Positions 1-9,735 of a stretch of DNA of 64,000 bases are shown here, piece after piece; the stretch's first letter is position 1; every line of letters begins with the position of its first letter. Below the pieces are notes generated by a model, which ran no database searches, was not told the DNA's origin, and worked only from the letters and a program-made list of their open reading frames with translations. The translations under genes and the position numbers were made by a program. The DNA is from Gammaproteobacteria bacterium (GTDB lineage: Bacteria; Pseudomonadota; Gammaproteobacteria; SG8-11), in assembly GCA_024641505.1 (NCBI GenBank), contig JAHECY010000005.1:11502-75501 (forward strand). Reading direction: 5' to 3'.

Positions 1-707
1 AACACCGCCCCCACCAATACCACGGGCGGCAGCATACTATTCACCACCTGCTTGAGGTTGACGGACCGTGACCTACCCGCGTCATCGACTATCGGTGGCG
101 CCCACTGGGGACGAAGCCAGGCGACGGTAAACAAATAGACAACGAACAAGACCACCAGCAACATACCCGGCACCACGGCGCCCATGAACAAACGACCCAC
201 GGGCACGCCCACAACATCACCCAACAGCACCAGAATGATGCTCGGCGGTATGATCTGACCCAAGGTACCGGCGGCGGCAATGGTACCGGTTGCGAGTTCC
301 GGTTGATAACGGTGTTTCAACATGGCCGGCAGCGCAATGATGCCCATGGTGACTACAGTGGCGCCGACCACCCCGGTGGTAGCGGCAAGCAACATGCCGA
401 CAAACATGATCGATACCGCCAATCCACCGCGCAATTTACCGAACAAGGCGCCCATGGTCTCCAGCAGCTCTTCCGCCAACCCGCTTTTTTCCAGAACCAC
501 GCCCATCAAAATAAAAAGGGGTACCGCAAGCAGCGTAAAATTGGTCATGATGCCCCAAATCCGCAGCGGCAACAGGTCGAAAAATCTCAGCTCAAGAAAG
601 ATACCTCCAAACAGGAGCGCGACCGCGCCCAGCGTGAATGCCACCGGATAGCCGACCAGCAGCAGAACTACCGCCACCAGCAACATGACCAATGCCCAGG
701 CTTCCAC
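1..707 (-). CDS. dctM: TRAP transporter large permease DctM (5' part; runs off the left edge)
   Basis: Not in the ORF track; translated by hand from a GTG at 707 overlapping the dctQ stop (TAGTG): MEAWALVMLLVAVVLLLVGYPVAFTLG...LLAVPLFILMGVVLEKSGLAEELL...GTIAAAGTLGQIIPPSI, which are DctM signature motifs. Confidence 0.9.
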   Translation of the reverse strand, partial: MEAWALVMLLVAVVLLLVGYPVAFTLGAVALLFGGIFLELRFFDLLPLRIWGIMTNFTLLAVPLFILMGVVLEKSGLAEELLETMGALFGKLRGGLAVSIMFVGMLLAATTGVVGATVVTMGIIALPAMLKHRYQPELATGTIAAAGTLGQIIPPSIILVLLGDVVGVPVGRLFMGAVVPGMLLVVLFVVYLFTVAWLRPQWAPPIVDDAGRSRSVNLKQVVNSMLPPVVLVGAV

Positions 708-1231
708 TATGCCCTCCCTGCAGAACCATGGGAGCGAATCACCCGCAAAGCGCGTATCATGATCGCGATACCCTGCAACGACAACAGGCCAAAACTCACA
801 GGAATCGCCAGCTTCAACAGGTAACGATAAGGCAAACCGCCGGGGTCCGGCGACCCTTCGACGAAGACGTAGGCATTGTAAACAAAGGGTACCGAGGTAT
901 AGATGATTAATGCGCAAAACGGCATCAAAAACAGCAGCGTGCCTAACAAGTCAATCCAGGCCCGGTGATAATCGGTAACCGACCGGCCACGATAAAAAAT
1001 ATCGACGCGCACATGGTCATCCTGCTTGAGGGTGTACGCCGCCGCCAGCAAAAACACCAGGGCGAACAGGTGCCATTCCAGTTCTTGCAGGGCCACGGAC
1101 CCCCACAGAAACAAATAGCGCATGGAGACATCGAAGACGATGATTGCCACCATGACCAAGATCAGCCAGGCGACGATTTTACCAAGCACATCACTTATTC
1201 TTTCGATTTGCTCGGCTATACTGTGCCACAT
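707..1231 (-). CDS. dctQ: TRAP transporter small permease DctQ (FcbT2-like)
   Basis: Four hydrophobic helices; ELEWHLF, HVRVDIFY and SPDPGGLP motifs; adjacent to dctM. Start moved from 1309 to ATG 1231 (MWHSIAE). Confidence 0.85.
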   Translation of the reverse strand: MWHSIAEQIERISDVLGKIVAWLILVMVAIIVFDVSMRYLFLWGSVALQELEWHLFALVFLLAAAYTLKQDDHVRVDIFYRGRSVTDYHRAWIDLLGTLLFLMPFCALIIYTSVPFVYNAYVFVEGSPDPGGLPYRYLLKLAIPVSFGLLSLQGIAIMIRALRVIRSHGSAGRA

Positions 1232-1400
1232 GGTTGAATACACCCGTAGTTTGGTTCCTGCCGATAGTCGCGTGACCGATATTGTACATGCCCAGGGCTC
1301 AATTAACAAAAAACTAAGGGTTTTACCTCCGTTTGGAATGATTTGAACGGATACAGCCGTTGCATTATCATGGAAAACTTTTCAGCTACCGGGGCGCAAT

Positions 1401-1416
1401 CGGCACTTAGGTTGCA
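1401..1416 (+). promoter_or_regulatory. Putative sigma54 -24/-12 promoter upstream of the TraF-like gene
   Basis: CGGCACTTAGGTTGCA has GG-N10-GC spacing with GGCAC and TTGCA cores, about 160 nt upstream of ATG 1576. Confidence 0.55.
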
Positions 1417-1575
1417 TAGATTCAACGGCAATGACATTAACGACAGGGTCCACATTAAAGACTTCTGGCACCCAGCCGAAGCTTATTACTTGAAGTCAGC
1501 AAAGATTCACCCGCGGCTATTGCTAGGATAATTTCCAACACAGGGTGGAACAGATTAATTCCTGGAGGCAAAATA

Positions 1576-3051
1576 ATGAATAAGGTTTGGTTTTCCGCAT
1601 TGTTGGCAACACTGGCGTCCGGCTCCAGCATGGCGACCCCGGTTTACCACCCTCCCGGACCCAACCTTATCTACGGAGCCATCAGCAATAATCAGTCGAT
1701 CATGTCGGAAGTGACCAATCCCGCGGCAGGCGCCTCGGCGCTGCTGGAAGAAAAAAGTCGTTACCGGTTTGGCATTCTCAGCTCTATCGGATTTGGCTAT
1801 GAATTTGGCAATGTGACTGACTTATACAACGAAATAGACAGCACTACCACCACCTTGGTGGACCAGCAATCCGCCAGCCTGGAAACCTGGGTGAACGACC
1901 CTGCGAATATCGACACTACCCAGTATCTGCTCGACGCCAGCTATCGCTCCCAAATACATGACAATATCGCCAATCTGATCAATACCGGCACCATTGATCC
2001 GCTAAACCAATTGCAACGAAAAATCGACGAGGATGGTTACTTCAAGGGCTTTGCGTCCGGCCATGTGCCCTTGATGCCGTTCGTGGTCAGTCATCGCGGC
2101 TTAGGCGGCAGTTTCACCCTGGATGCCAATGTCACCGTCGCCGGTTTCCTGGACTATCTCGCCGCGGATATTCCCCAGCTCAACGGCAGCTACCTGGAGA
2201 CCAATGCTGACTTGCAGAATGTACTGACTAATTACATCAACGGTACCTCCACCAACGCCACCGTGCTCTATGACATGCTGGCAAGCGATTCCACTTTACT
2301 GGTGAAGGGCGCATATGTTACCGAACTGTCCCTGGGCTACAGCTGGATCGCCATGAACCACGCCTTGGGCAATCTGTTTACCGGGGTACGTGCAAAATAT
2401 TACCAAGCCAAATTGACTCAATATGCGCAACGACTGTCCGATCTCTCCTCCAGCCAGAATTCAAAAGACACCTTCAATAACCAGAAAGGTGACAATTATG
2501 AAACGTCCACCGCTCTGGGTCTGGATTTCGGCGCCCTGTGGGTAGCCGATCATTATCGGGCCGGCGCCACCATCGACAACATCAATAAGCCCAGCTTTAA
2601 ATATCCCACTCTGGCCTTGACCGACTCCCTGGGTAACATGAATTACGATACCAGCGGCACGGTCTACAACGATTTGCGCAAGGGATCGACCTATGAAATG
2701 AAACCGCAATTGCGTCTGGAAGGTGCGCTGTTTACGCGCAATACCAACTGGGTCACGGGTGCCGCGCTGGATGTCAACGCCGTGGAAGATCCCTTTGGCC
2801 AGGAATACCAATGGGCAACGCTCAGTGCCGCATACGCCGCCAGCAAATTTTACATTCCCAGCGTACGCGTGGGTTACCGCGCCAATCTGGCGGGCAGCAA
2901 GCAGGACTACATTGGTATGGGATTCACCTGGCTGACCATAAACTTCGACGTCGCGTACGGCCTGGACGAAATCACTTACACGGAAAACAACAAGCAAAAG
3001 AAAGCGCCACGCTCCGCCATGTTCAACATTGGCTGGGCCATGACCTTTTAG
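1576..3051 (+). CDS. TraF_2-family (conjugal transfer protein TraF-like) outer-membrane beta-barrel protein
   Basis: Signal peptide, GGAGG RBS, alternating amphipathic strands (DFGALW, YRAGATIDNIN, RVGYRANLAG) and C-terminal aromatic BAM signal (WAMTF); family call from recollection. Confidence 0.6.
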   Translation: MNKVWFSALLATLASGSSMATPVYHPPGPNLIYGAISNNQSIMSEVTNPAAGASALLEEKSRYRFGILSSIGFGYEFGNVTDLYNEIDSTTTTLVDQQSASLETWVNDPANIDTTQYLLDASYRSQIHDNIANLINTGTIDPLNQLQRKIDEDGYFKGFASGHVPLMPFVVSHRGLGGSFTLDANVTVAGFLDYLAADIPQLNGSYLETNADLQNVLTNYINGTSTNATVLYDMLASDSTLLVKGAYVTELSLGYSWIAMNHALGNLFTGVRAKYYQAKLTQYAQRLSDLSSSQNSKDTFNNQKGDNYETSTALGLDFGALWVADHYRAGATIDNINKPSFKYPTLALTDSLGNMNYDTSGTVYNDLRKGSTYEMKPQLRLEGALFTRNTNWVTGAALDVNAVEDPFGQEYQWATLSAAYAASKFYIPSVRVGYRANLAGSKQDYIGMGFTWLTINFDVAYGLDEITYTENNKQKKAPRSAMFNIGWAMTF

Positions 3052-3238
3052 CGCCGCGCTGGCCGCCGGCCAACGTACGGCGCCAAACTGCGATATTTAT
3101 CTCACGTCAAGACGTCAAGTGCGCGGCGGCAGGATTGCTTCAACTCCAGGAGTTACTGCGCCACACACTTGGCGCCTTGGCGCGAACGCGGAGGTTAAAA
3201 CACCGTCGCCTTACCCGCTATCGAGCCTGGAACTCTGC

Positions 3239-4435
3239 TTAGAACTGTATATTCAGATGGGCGCTGGCTCCAGTTACACCCCGGCCATTTTCAATCGCCA
3301 CATCCAGACGATGCCCTCCGATATCGATACCGCCACCGCCGGTGAATACCAACTCCTGTTCGCCGACAAGATTGACCTTCATCCCCGCGCGCAGGCTCAA
3401 ATGATCGCCGACGGCGACTTCACCGCCAAACGCCGCATAACGGCTGCGGCCGACAAAAGCGACTTCAGGGTTAGAGGTCAAGTCCACGTCCACGACGAAA
3501 GTGCGCTCCTTGCGTTCATACGCCAATCCGACGCGCGCCTGAGGATTCACCACCACCCGCTCACTGCCGTCTGAAATGTACCGGAATGACATGGGCAACA
3601 AATTGCGCACGGCAAATCCCAGGGTGGTGAAACGGCTGAACTCCTTAAGCACGCCCACATCCACATTGAACGCGGAATTATCGTTGGCCTCACTGGCCGT
3701 CAGCACTACGTTGCTGGACGCGCTGCTGATTGGTTCCCGATACAATGTGGAACTTACCAACAACAACTTGGGCACGAATCCAACCACGACGTTATCGATC
3801 AAGCCCAACAACGAAAGGCGGTATTGCGCAAATCCGACTCCATGTTCGGTAACATCCATGGCTCTCTTCTCCACGTAGGAGTTCACTTGCACCCGTGTCG
3901 GGTCGGAGGCGTCAACCACTATGCGCTGCCCGCGAAACTTGTCCTGCAGTAGATACAAACCACCGCCGAAAACATCACTGGGCACCGTGGCCACCAGGGC
4001 GGAAAATTGATGATGCGTGCTGGTTTTGTCGCTTAAGCCCAACAATTTGTTCGCCGCAGGATTGGCCTGGTAAGCATCCAATGATCCCGCGAAGTCGTTC
4101 ACATCCATTTGCTGCCACCCGATACTGGGCAAACTCAAACTCCAGTCCACGAACTCACGCGCTCGACCCGCCAGCGCCATGTTCTGTACTGCGGCATAGC
4201 GATCTGACAACGCCACGGCCGCACCCCCCATGGCAGCCGCGCGCGGATCGTAGACGCCATAAGGCATCGCCAGCAAACGCAGTGGCGCGCATAACAGCAG
4301 CGCCGCCAAGATCCAGTGACCACCGGCGCCCCAACCCAGCGCTTGCCGTGATAGCGACGCAGACGCCAGTCGTCCGCACTTTTCTGTTACTTTATGGATT
4401 CTGCGCATCGGGGCTATCGACCTATTTGATTTCAC
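3239..4435 (-). CDS. TraF_2/FadL-like outer-membrane beta-barrel protein
   Basis: Mature N-terminus YDPRAAAMGGAAVA (DxRxxAMGG plug motif of TraF_2/PorV/FadL-like barrels), beta-strand pattern and C-terminal LNIQF; true start may lie downstream. Confidence 0.65.
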   Translation of the reverse strand: MKSNRSIAPMRRIHKVTEKCGRLASASLSRQALGWGAGGHWILAALLLCAPLRLLAMPYGVYDPRAAAMGGAAVALSDRYAAVQNMALAGRAREFVDWSLSLPSIGWQQMDVNDFAGSLDAYQANPAANKLLGLSDKTSTHHQFSALVATVPSDVFGGGLYLLQDKFRGQRIVVDASDPTRVQVNSYVEKRAMDVTEHGVGFAQYRLSLLGLIDNVVVGFVPKLLLVSSTLYREPISSASSNVVLTASEANDNSAFNVDVGVLKEFSRFTTLGFAVRNLLPMSFRYISDGSERVVVNPQARVGLAYERKERTFVVDVDLTSNPEVAFVGRSRYAAFGGEVAVGDHLSLRAGMKVNLVGEQELVFTGGGGIDIGGHRLDVAIENGRGVTGASAHLNIQF

Positions 4436-5309
4436 TCACCAGATTTTGTGCCATGGTTTGCGCCTGACCGAGATACGACGCGCCAAACAGATTGACGTGA
4501 TTTAGAATATGATAAAGATTGTATAACACCTTGCGCAGCCGGTACCCGTCATCCACGGGGTAGGCTTCATGATAAACCCGGTAAAAAGATGCGCCAAATC
4601 CACCAAACAATTCAGTCATCGCCAGATCCGCTTCCCGATCACCATAGTACACCGCGGGATCAAACACCACCGGCTCGTCATTCACGAAACCATAATTACC
4701 GGACCACAAATCGCCATGCAACAAACTCGGGACCGGTGTGTAGCCTGCGAACAGGGCGCCAAGATTGGTCATCAAGAACTCAATCGTAGACCGCAGCCGG
4801 TGCTCACTGCCGGTGCGTTGCATCAGCTGCAGCTGAAATCCCAGGCGGCGGTCCCGCCAGAACTCCAACCAATTGTCATTCGCTGTATTTACTTGCGGTG
4901 TCGATCCAATCGTATTATCCCGATACCAACCAAAGTGTTGCCCATGGATCCGATGCATGGCCGCAAGCTGGCGCGCCAGGAACACCATGCCCCGATCATC
5001 ATGTCTGCGCGTCAATGGTAAGTATTCCAGCACGATATAGGCGGTACCGCCGGCCTGGCCAAAGCACAACGGTTGCGGTACGCGCAAGGTCGCACTAGCG
5101 GCGATTTCGTTGAGTCCCGCGAATTCCGCGGCGAACATTTCGACAAAGCGCTCATGATTACGCTTAACAAAGTAACGAATACCGGCATGCTCGACAAGGT
5201 AACTGTCATTAATGCTGCCCCCTGTCAAAGGCGTCAGCCCAACGGCAGCAAAATGCCGACCAGAGGCAGCGGTGATATGTTCCGATATCTTATTCCAGGC
5301 AATATCCAT
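4422..5309 (-). CDS. Fructosamine kinase family protein (YniA-like)
   Basis: GGSIN, YFVK, FGWYRDNTIGSTPQ, LLHGDLWSGN and DPAVYYGDREADLAMTELFGGF motifs. Confidence 0.93.
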   Translation of the reverse strand: MDIAWNKISEHITAASGRHFAAVGLTPLTGGSINDSYLVEHAGIRYFVKRNHERFVEMFAAEFAGLNEIAASATLRVPQPLCFGQAGGTAYIVLEYLPLTRRHDDRGMVFLARQLAAMHRIHGQHFGWYRDNTIGSTPQVNTANDNWLEFWRDRRLGFQLQLMQRTGSEHRLRSTIEFLMTNLGALFAGYTPVPSLLHGDLWSGNYGFVNDEPVVFDPAVYYGDREADLAMTELFGGFGASFYRVYHEAYPVDDGYRLRKVLYNLYHILNHVNLFGASYLGQAQTMAQNLVSEIK

Positions 5310-5334
5310 GGACCTTCCTTAGGTCTTTCTTTCC

Positions 5335-5343
5335 TGTGGATAA
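5335..5343 (-). promoter_or_regulatory. Perfect DnaA box (TTATCCACA)
   Basis: TGTGGATAA on the + strand in an AT-rich intergenic region, followed by a degenerate TGTGGACTA. Confidence 0.4.
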
Positions 5344-5540
5344 CTGTGTGGACTAAATCCGTTAACGAAAGCTTGCCGAGACCTTACGCCGTGAGAGCGT
5401 ACGGACGGCAAATTCCTTCACTCATTATTATTCTTATTAATCATGCAATTACAGAGAACTGCAAATAATTAACATCATGTATCTTTGCTAACTGATAAGG
5501 ATATAACTCAATGCGTTAATGTGTATAACTGCCGGCCCCA

Positions 5541-5575
5541 TAAAAAAAGCCGGCCATCATGGCCGGCTTTCTTTT
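5541..5575 (-). terminator. Rho-independent terminator of the cytochrome c gene (possibly bidirectional)
   Basis: AAAGCCGGCCA-TCA-TGGCCGGCTTT hairpin flanked by an A7 tract and a T-rich tract, about 20 nt past the stop at 5596. Confidence 0.9.
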
Positions 5576-5595
5576 AGTACCTGTGTATTCTGGAA

Positions 5596-5934
5596 TTATT
5601 TGCCCAGAGACAGTACGAATTCAACCAGACCTTCGATGTCGGCATCAGCTACACGGGGGGAGTAGGGAGGCATTGGCACTTCGCCCCATACGCCTTTACC
5701 ACCGGCTTTAACTTTGGCTACCAAGCGGGCTTTTTCGTCTTTGCCTTTGTACTTGTTACCAACGTCCTGCCAAGCAGGACCAACAACTTTCTTTTCGATG
5801 CTGTGGCAAGCCAAGCAACCGCTTTTCTTGGCCAGTTCCAGTGCCGCAGCTTGATCCATGGCTGCATTAGCCTGGCCAGCCATCATCATAACCGCTGCTG
5901 CGGGAACTGCGATCCAACGTAATTTCATTTTCAA
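5596..5934 (-). CDS. Class I monoheme cytochrome c (c551/c552-like)
   Basis: Signal peptide, CLACH heme motif, VVGPAW, and distal Met in GVWGEVPMPP. Confidence 0.93.
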   Translation of the reverse strand: MKMKLRWIAVPAAAVMMMAGQANAAMDQAAALELAKKSGCLACHSIEKKVVGPAWQDVGNKYKGKDEKARLVAKVKAGGKGVWGEVPMPPYSPRVADADIEGLVEFVLSLGK

Positions 5935-6248
5935 TCCTCCGTCATTTTTACAAAACTACCGCTCCCTTGTATTAGCACCTGAGGTAAACGGCTTGCTCTA
6001 CAATCTATAGGAGTTATTTTGGTTCAACCCCCCATCCTGTAATACGCTTAACATAATCCAAGCATGCGCCGCGCACAGGTTGAGGCTTTATGCCACTTAG
6101 ACCGTACCCTGTCAAGGCCATGTAATAAAATTAGCGTAGCGCGAGCTGCATGCGCCGCGACACAAACTCGAAAATTCTCCGCATCAATTGCCGGCAATCA
6201 AATCCTAGCGCTTTGAATTATCGACATTAACAGATCGTAGACTCGATC

Positions 6249-6587
6249 TTACCAGCGCAATAAAACCCAGGACGGCGCTCGGAAACCACGCTCCAATTCA
6301 CTGCGCCGTGACTCCATACGGCCATCCCCATCGGTGTCCAGCAAATAGTAGGGCTTACCCTTGGAGGGCTGAATTTCTATCATGTAAAGCTGGCCTTTGA
6401 TGCGGTATTCCTTAACCACCAGGTTCTGTTCCTCGGTAATAACGATAGCAGGCTCTTCGACAGTCGATGACGGTGCATCGTCAAACAGGGGCGGTTCCGC
6501 CTGCACGGACTCCTGCGCCAGACCCGGGGACATGTACAGCCACACCGGCCCGAGCAGCCCCAGCACCAAACCTTTTATCCATTGCAT
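6249..6587 (-). CDS. DUF2782 domain periplasmic protein
   Basis: Signal peptide; VKEYRIKGQLYMIEIQPSKGKPYYLLDTDGDG...PSWVLLRW; divergent from polA as is typical. Start moved from 6848 to ATG 6587. Confidence 0.8.
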   Translation of the reverse strand: MQWIKGLVLGLLGPVWLYMSPGLAQESVQAEPPLFDDAPSSTVEEPAIVITEEQNLVVKEYRIKGQLYMIEIQPSKGKPYYLLDTDGDGRMESRRSELERGFRAPSWVLLRW

Positions 6588-6939
6588 TGTTAAGGCCCCT
6601 TCTGCCTCTACCACTATTAAATGTCCAGCGAAGAAAAATGGCGACCATGTTCTCCCCGGAGCTATTGGTATTTTAAACAGAATCAAGTCCCGTTGACCAT
6701 TCATATACTCCCACGTCGGCAACTTTCCGCGTTGTGCATACATGCTTGCCGCCACCAACAATCGCGCATTTTCTGCGCAACACCTGCTAATTTCTCGAAA
6801 CCATCGACAAACTCCGCCATAATCTGCAAAACTTTCCAGGATGCCCACATCAACAGGGCGACATCAACGGGAATTACCCTGGATGGAAGTGCCTGGCCAC
6901 ACTCGCCCCTAGCTTCCCATTAAATTACTAAAGGATGCG

Positions 6940-9645
6940 ATGTTTACTGAAAAAAAATTTGTACTGGTCGACGGCTCATCATACCTGTATCGAGCCTTTC
7001 ATGCCTTGCCGCCCCTGACCACCGCCAAGGGTCAGGCCACCGGCGCGGTTTATGGTGTCATCAACATGTTACGCCGGCTGCTCCTGGACCAGGCTCCTGA
7101 CTACATGGCGGTGGTATTCGATGCCAAGGGGAAAACTTTTCGTCATGACCTGTATGACCAGTACAAAGCGAATCGCCCGCCGATGCCCGATGATCTGCGC
7201 AGCCAGATCGAGCCTCTACACGAAATCATCGAAGCCATGGGAATTCCCCTGCTGGTGGTCGAAGGCGTAGAAGCGGATGACGTTATTGGCACACTGGCCC
7301 GTCAGGGCGAAGCACATGGCATGCGAACCCTCATTTCCACCGGCGACAAGGACATGGCCCAGCTGGTTGACGACCATGTCACCCTCATCAATACCATGAC
7401 CAATACGGTGACCGATACTGCGGGGGTACGCGAGAAGTACGGCGTGACTCCGGAGCAGATCGTGGACTATCTGACACTGGTGGGCGACACGTCCGATAAT
7501 ATTCCGGGAGTCCCCAAGGTCGGCCCGAAGACCGCCAGCAAGTGGTTGCAGGATTACGGCAGCCTGGATGAGGTAGTGGCGCACGCCGCTGACATCAAAG
7601 GAAAAATCGGCGAACATCTCCGCGCCGCACTCGATCAACTGCCGTTGTCCCGCGTTCTGGCTACGATCAAGTGCAACGTGCCGCTCGCGGTCACGCCGGA
7701 ACAGCTGTCATTGTCGCCGCCGGAACAAAGCCGGCTCGGCGCGTTGTTCACACAGTTGGAATTCAATACCTGGTTAGCTGAACTTAGCGCTCAGCCTGCC
7801 CCGCCGACAATGGCGCCAACGCAGGCCACCGCATCAACGGTGACCTATGAAACGATTCTCAGTCAAGTGGATTTCGAGCGCTGGCTGCAACGTCTCGCGC
7901 GCGCCGAGCTGATTGCTTTCGATACCGAAACCACCAGCCTGGATTACATGGAAGCGCAAATCGTCGGCGTTTCTTTTGCGGTGACGCCAGGCCACGCCGC
8001 TTATGTGCCGCTGGCACACGATTACGCCGGTGCCCCGCAACAACTGGCGCGGCATGAGGTACTGAATGCGCTCAAACCGCTGCTCGAAGATCCGCAACGC
8101 TTGCTGCTCGGGCAAAACCTGAAGTATGACATGAATGTACTGGCCAACTACGACATTCACCCGGCGGGCATTCACCACGACACGATGCTGCAATCCTACG
8201 TACTCAACAGCACCGGCAGTCGTCATGACATGGACACCCTGGCACTGAAGCACCTGAACCGGCACACGGTGCATTACGAAGACATCGCCGGTAAAGGGGC
8301 TAAACAGATCACCTTTAATGAAATTGATATCGACACTGCAGCACACTATGCTGCCGAGGACGCCGATGTCACTCTGTGCCTGCACCAGGCGCTGTGGCCC
8401 AAATTGCAACAGGAACCGTTGCTGCAACACGTGTATGAAGCCATCGAAATCCCCTTGATTCCGGTATTGTCCCGCGTGGAACGCAACGGCGTGCTGGTCG
8501 ATGCGCGAAAACTTGAGGAGCAAAGCCGGGAGATCAGCGCCAAGCTGATCGTCCTGGAAGACCAGGCTTATCAACTGGCCGGCGGGATGTTCAATCTGGG
8601 ATCACCGAAACAGATTCAGGAAATCCTGTTCGAGAAACTGGGCCTGCCGGTACTGCAAAAAACGCCGAAAGGCCAGCCCTCGACCGCGGAAGGGGTATTA
8701 CAGGAATTGGCGCTGGACTACCCGCTGCCACGGGTCATCATGGACCACCGTGGCCTCAGCAAGCTGCGCTCTACCTACACCGACCGCCTGCCGGAGCAGA
8801 TCAATCCGGGTACCGGCCGCGTGCACACCTCCTACCATCAGGCGATAGCCTCCACGGGGCGCCTGTCTTCCAGCGATCCAAACCTGCAAAATATTCCGAT
8901 TCGCACCGAGGAAGGACGCCGTATCCGGCAGGCATTCGTGGCGGCTCCCGGATACAGGATTCTGGCCGCCGATTATTCGCAGATTGAATTGCGCATCCTG
9001 GCCCATTTGTCGGAAGATGCCGGTCTGTTACAGGCATTTGCCCAGGGCGCCGACATTCACCGCGCCACCGCCGCCGATGTGTTCAATACCACCCCTGACC
9101 GTGTCAGCACCGAGCAGCGACGCAGCGCCAAAGCCATTAATTTTGGCCTGGTGTATGGCATGTCCGCCTTCGGCCTGGCAAAGCAGTTAGGCGTTGACCG
9201 CGGCACCGCCCAGGAATACATCAATATGTATTTCGCACGTTATCCGGGCGTGAAACTCTTCATGGACCGTACCCGCGACCTGGCCCGTGCACAAGGTTAT
9301 GTCTCCACGGTATGTGGACGGCGCTTGTACCTGCCGGAAATCAACTCCCGTAACGCACAGCGCCGCCAATACGCCGAGCGCACGGCCATCAATGCGCCCA
9401 TGCAAGGTACCGCCGCGGACATTATCAAGTTGGCCATGATCGCGACTGACCAGTGGTTAACGCAAGAAAACATCAACGCACGCATGATCATGCAAGTACA
9501 CGATGAGCTGGTATTTGAGGTCGCAACCTCTGCCGTGGACACACTGCGGGAGCAAGTCAGCGCGCTCATGAGCGGTGTACTGCAACTAAACGTGCCGTTG
9601 GTGGTCGACGCCGGTGTTGGCGAAAACTGGGATCAGGCCCACTGA
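6940..9645 (+). CDS. polA: DNA polymerase I
   Basis: LVDGSSYLYRAFHALP 5'-3' exonuclease, AFDTETT 3'-5' exonuclease, ADYSQIELR, KAINFGLVYGMS and QVHDELVFE. Confidence 0.99.
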   Translation: MFTEKKFVLVDGSSYLYRAFHALPPLTTAKGQATGAVYGVINMLRRLLLDQAPDYMAVVFDAKGKTFRHDLYDQYKANRPPMPDDLRSQIEPLHEIIEAMGIPLLVVEGVEADDVIGTLARQGEAHGMRTLISTGDKDMAQLVDDHVTLINTMTNTVTDTAGVREKYGVTPEQIVDYLTLVGDTSDNIPGVPKVGPKTASKWLQDYGSLDEVVAHAADIKGKIGEHLRAALDQLPLSRVLATIKCNVPLAVTPEQLSLSPPEQSRLGALFTQLEFNTWLAELSAQPAPPTMAPTQATASTVTYETILSQVDFERWLQRLARAELIAFDTETTSLDYMEAQIVGVSFAVTPGHAAYVPLAHDYAGAPQQLARHEVLNALKPLLEDPQRLLLGQNLKYDMNVLANYDIHPAGIHHDTMLQSYVLNSTGSRHDMDTLALKHLNRHTVHYEDIAGKGAKQITFNEIDIDTAAHYAAEDADVTLCLHQALWPKLQQEPLLQHVYEAIEIPLIPVLSRVERNGVLVDARKLEEQSREISAKLIVLEDQAYQLAGGMFNLGSPKQIQEILFEKLGLPVLQKTPKGQPSTAEGVLQELALDYPLPRVIMDHRGLSKLRSTYTDRLPEQINPGTGRVHTSYHQAIASTGRLSSSDPNLQNIPIRTEEGRRIRQAFVAAPGYRILAADYSQIELRILAHLSEDAGLLQAFAQGADIHRATAADVFNTTPDRVSTEQRRSAKAINFGLVYGMSAFGLAKQLGVDRGTAQEYINMYFARYPGVKLFMDRTRDLARAQGYVSTVCGRRLYLPEINSRNAQRRQYAERTAINAPMQGTAADIIKLAMIATDQWLTQENINARMIMQVHDELVFEVATSAVDTLREQVSALMSGVLQLNVPLVVDAGVGENWDQAH

Positions 9646-9703
9646 AGACGGCCGGCCGCCAACGGCCACGACGCACAGTTGCCACATACATGAACTTTTT
9701 TCA

Positions 9704-9730
9704 GAACTTTTTCCCAAAGCTCGCGTCAAA
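9704..9730 (+). promoter_or_regulatory. SigmaE (RpoE/AlgU) promoter
   Basis: Exact GAACTT-N16-TCAAA; a second GAACTT lies 12 nt upstream at 9692. Confidence 0.7.
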
Positions 9731-9735
9731 CGGGT

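Noticed and set aside
89-910. Short ORFs listed in the track over the first 900 bp
   Set aside because: They are alternative frames or antisense of dctM, which the track missed because it runs off the window edge.
1576-4435. TraF-like genes as evidence of a conjugative element or plasmid
   Set aside because: There are no other tra/T4SS genes, relaxase, integrase or att-like repeats, and the flanks are housekeeping genes.
6588-6848. N-terminal extension of the DUF2782 ORF, likewise extensions of hyuA, rpoN, EIIA(Man), the cNMP protein and dctQ
   Set aside because: The extensions are non-conserved-looking sequence covering promoter regions; downstream ATGs give proper signal peptides, RBSs or stop overlaps.
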